Of a DNA stretch of 64,000 nt, positions 61,340-64,000 are shown in pieces. The stretch comes from Candidatus Falkowbacteria bacterium (lineage in GTDB: Bacteria > Patescibacteriota > Patescibacteriia > Patescibacteriales > UBA12465), in the NCBI GenBank assembly GCA_026396805.1, contig JAPLVZ010000009.1:4058-68057 (forward strand), in the 5' to 3' direction. The notes under the pieces are model-generated. The model saw only the letters and a list, made by a program, of their open reading frames with translations, ran no database searches and was not told the origin of the DNA. The position numbers and the translations under genes are program-made. Positions within the stretch are counted from its first letter, which is position 1. Each line of letters starts with the position of its first letter.

Positions 61340-61548
61340 GCTACTTTCAAAAAGCAAGACTTTTCCACTTATTTTTAGCTTATTTCGCTGAATTTTTTGC
61401 TTCTTATATAATTATTATGTAATAAAATATGCTAATCTTAGCTAAAAATTAATTTTTGGAATGATTGCTTTATTAATCTCTATTTACTTTTTATTTTGTT
61501 CTGACTATAATTGGAATACTCAAGTTATAATAATTAATTTCTAAAAAT

Positions 61549-62700
61549 ATGGGATTTTTTGAAAAACTTGGTTTTAACAACCCTAAAGCCAAAGAAGTGC
61601 CTCTATCGCGATTGGGTGCAAGAACTAGAGCAGAAAAATTAGCCGAAGATAAAGAAAAAAGGGAAGATTGGGCTATGAATAAAAAAGGTGACAGAGCGGA
61701 TATGTCGGAAAAAGGCCGCAGTTTGCCTTCGCGGGAAACTCCTGATGGTTATAGTGAAAACGAAGGTTGGTATCAGGACGAGAAACGCTTGAGACAGTCG
61801 TTTGATGAAAATGATGAAAATGGGATTCCCAATAATGAAGCGGTTTCTAACGACGATTATTGTAAACAGACAGCTCAACCCGAAGACGGTGTGGTAGAAG
61901 AAAATATCGGAGATTTGAAAAAAATATTAGATAAGAAATTAGCCGGTAAATTAGCTAATACCCCCGATCGTCTGAAAAGGGCCAGGGTTTCTCTCTCCGG
62001 GAAAAGTGAAATCGAGCAAACGCTTGCGAAGACCAGGGAAGTGTATTCCGGTACCGAGGAAGAACAATTAGACGCCAAGATAGATCTCGATTTAATGAAA
62101 GGAAGAAAAGAAGCGTTTTTTCGGAGGATAGAGAGAAATAAAACCGAGAGAGCGAATAAGGAAAGTGCTCAAAAAAGTTTCGATAAAATTAAAAGAGCCG
62201 CTCCAGAATATTCCGACAGTGAAATAGCATTAATGACGAAGGCTTTCAATTGGCTGAGATTACCCGAGAAGCGACGGCAAGAATCTCCGCTGCTTGATGT
62301 TAAAGGCGGGCCGCTAAAACCCGAAGAAATTTTAGAACTGGCTAACGACTATGGCGATTACCAGGTTGAGCAAGGCGAATGGGGGAAGGCGCGTTTTAAG
62401 TCGGAGAATTTTCGGGGACGAGAGCAATTAGTCAATTATAAAACATTATCGGACGGTCAGATTGAGAAATATATCGCCCATAGTGATGACCCCGGCGATT
62501 ATTATTATGACTTAAAGGAAAAAAGCACCGTAGACAGTAAGAATAATGATAAGATGAAATATGTTTTTGTAAAAACCATTCCCGGGTTATTACCGCGCCG
62601 ATTAGAAACCAGGGGTGGTTTACCTTCAAATCGTCAAAGAACGCCAGACGATAAAAGCAAGGCAGGTAAAAAGCCGGCGCTCGAGACACTGGCCGCTTAA
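61549..62700 (+). CDS. Hydrophilic hypothetical protein
   Basis: 383-aa charged ORF with no recognisable motif. Confidence 0.7.
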   Translation: MGFFEKLGFNNPKAKEVPLSRLGARTRAEKLAEDKEKREDWAMNKKGDRADMSEKGRSLPSRETPDGYSENEGWYQDEKRLRQSFDENDENGIPNNEAVSNDDYCKQTAQPEDGVVEENIGDLKKILDKKLAGKLANTPDRLKRARVSLSGKSEIEQTLAKTREVYSGTEEEQLDAKIDLDLMKGRKEAFFRRIERNKTERANKESAQKSFDKIKRAAPEYSDSEIALMTKAFNWLRLPEKRRQESPLLDVKGGPLKPEEILELANDYGDYQVEQGEWGKARFKSENFRGREQLVNYKTLSDGQIEKYIAHSDDPGDYYYDLKEKSTVDSKNNDKMKYVFVKTIPGLLPRRLETRGGLPSNRQRTPDDKSKAGKKPALETLAA

Positions 62701-62953
62701 ATTATCTATATTAATCCATAAAAGAGATTCTAAGTAAAAAGCACCGTTTTATCGGTGTTTTTTTGTGTCTATTGAATCGCCCTATGTCAGCGGTAAGGGG
62801 AATTGAAATCTTGACTTAAACGAAGTATTGGGGTAATATAAAAAGTCAACATCAGCTCTTTAAAAAATAAGGTTAATTGGATTAATTACTAAATCCATCT
62901 AAATTCAGGTGGGGTTAAAAATTAATCCAATTATTAATTTAAATCATGTAATC

Positions 62954-63319
62954 ATGGAAAAATATCGTAGTAAAGCTTTTATTACAACATCGGTAACACT
63001 ACTTTCCTTTTCGTTCATCGTCCTTAATGTAATACCGATAATTATGCCCAGTCTTGTGGCTTATGTCTTTGGATCTAATAAGTACAGATATAAAACTCTG
63101 TATGGATTATCCAGCATTCATTTTCTGATTTCGATGCTGGCCGGCGAATTGACCTTTTTCATAATCAGTTCTTTCGCCATCAATTATATTATGGATTTTT
63201 ATAATCCTAAAATATTTTGGTATATAGTTATCGCTAGCTTTATATCAAACTATTTATTCTCGGTAATTTTCTATTTTTTAGGGAGTTATCTGGCTAAAAT
63301 TAGAAAAGCCAGAGGTTAA
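62954..63319 (+). CDS. Hypothetical membrane protein
   Basis: Three to four hydrophobic segments; ATG 62954 preferred over GTG 62909. Confidence 0.6.
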   Translation: MEKYRSKAFITTSVTLLSFSFIVLNVIPIIMPSLVAYVFGSNKYRYKTLYGLSSIHFLISMLAGELTFFIISSFAINYIMDFYNPKIFWYIVIASFISNYLFSVIFYFLGSYLAKIRKARG

Positions 63320-63370
63320 ATTAGTTGTTATAGAACTTTCACAAATAAATTCACTTAATATAGGAGAACC

Positions 63371-63892
63371 ATGAAAAAATCAAATGAATCACCAGTAGGA
63401 AAAAGGCCATTCCACGAATCAATCGTGGATGCAATTAGTTATTGCCCTTTTAGCGCCCTCGATGTTTTAGCCAGACTTATTAAATCCACCAAAATTCCAC
63501 AGAATCATGATGCCATCATTGAGGCCTGGAAAAGAGCGATGGAGATTATAAATTCCGATGATGATTATGGCGTTCCTGAAAGTGTTTCAGGACAAAAGCC
63601 TGTCGATTATGTACAGTTAATGAATTCAGCCGGGAGTCTCGAAGAAGCCCTTAGGCTGGGATTTGATTTTCTTCCTCTTGACGGGAGATTTTTGGGCCCC
63701 CAGGGAAAAATATTATTATTCCGCAATAATCTTCCCAAGGGCCATGAAGAAGTCGCTGAAATAATAGTGACGGACGCTGAAAAAAATGACGGTAAAATAA
63801 TTTTTTGTGCCGCCTGGGGGAAGGATTATAAAAAATACGAACTAACAGCCAATTCTGGAGATAAAATTGAGGATTGGTCTGACAAATGGTAA
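63371..63892 (+). CDS. Hypothetical protein
   Basis: AGGAG RBS; terminator at ~63913-63946. Confidence 0.7.
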   Translation: MKKSNESPVGKRPFHESIVDAISYCPFSALDVLARLIKSTKIPQNHDAIIEAWKRAMEIINSDDDYGVPESVSGQKPVDYVQLMNSAGSLEEALRLGFDFLPLDGRFLGPQGKILLFRNNLPKGHEEVAEIIVTDAEKNDGKIIFCAAWGKDYKKYELTANSGDKIEDWSDKW

Positions 63893-63973
63893 AAGATTAA
63901 ACAGGGTAAACAAAAAGGAAGACCAAAATTTTAGGCTTCCTTTTTTCATATCCTCTATGGCGGTAGTTTTTAA

Positions 63974-64000
63974 ATTTATAATTAATCCGCGAAAGGATCT
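63974..64000 (+). repeat. Right-end motif copy E (cut by window edge)
   Basis: ATTTATAATTAATCCGCGAAAGGATCT, 21/27 identical to copy A. Confidence 0.6.

Larger units (their letters stand above)
56997..64000 (+). mobile_element. Putative tandem gene-cassette array / island at the tRNA-Gly 3' end; runs past the window edge; no integrase seen
   Basis: Repeated right-end motif (58050, 58855, 59415, ~62704, 63974) and left-end module (56997, 58879, ~62731) bracketing unrelated ORFs. Confidence 0.6.

Noticed and set aside
58050..64000. Repeats as a CRISPR array
   Set aside because: Spacing is 0.5-3 kb with whole genes between copies, and there are no cas genes.

Overview
Bacterial chromosome segment that reads like a Patescibacteria/CPR (Parcubacteria-type) genome. 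This is inferred from gene content, mostly SD-less AT-rich leaders, a VirB2-like pilin and CCA-less tRNA genes. It spans the replication origin (yidC-yidD-rnpA-rpmH <> dnaA-oriC-dnaN) and carries many housekeeping genes (der, pth, dprA, topA, pheST, valS, glyA, folD, recQ, trxA, gdhA, nusA, hppA, tig, smpB), tmRNA and six tRNAs, including a rare tRNA-Ile(UAU). The most striking unexplained structure lies downstream of tRNA-Gly (57.0-64.0 kb). It is an integrase-free tandem array of small gene cassettes, each closed by a conserved ~28-bp motif, with three opened by a conserved terminator/promoter module. One junction rebuilds the tRNA 3' end and its flank (41/42 nt). Cargo includes a Janus/Ocnus (PHPT1)-like phosphohistidine phosphatase domain, a wHTH-phosphohistidine-swivel fusion and peptidase E. 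Other highlights are an Elp3 plus Trm9/ALKBH8-like pair, a riboswitch-like leader ahead of a yhhQ-cofE-like-glyA-folD cluster, an HNH gene between two tRNAs, and an islet bounded by tRNA-Ser 3'-end remnants. All calls are by eye; no searches were run.
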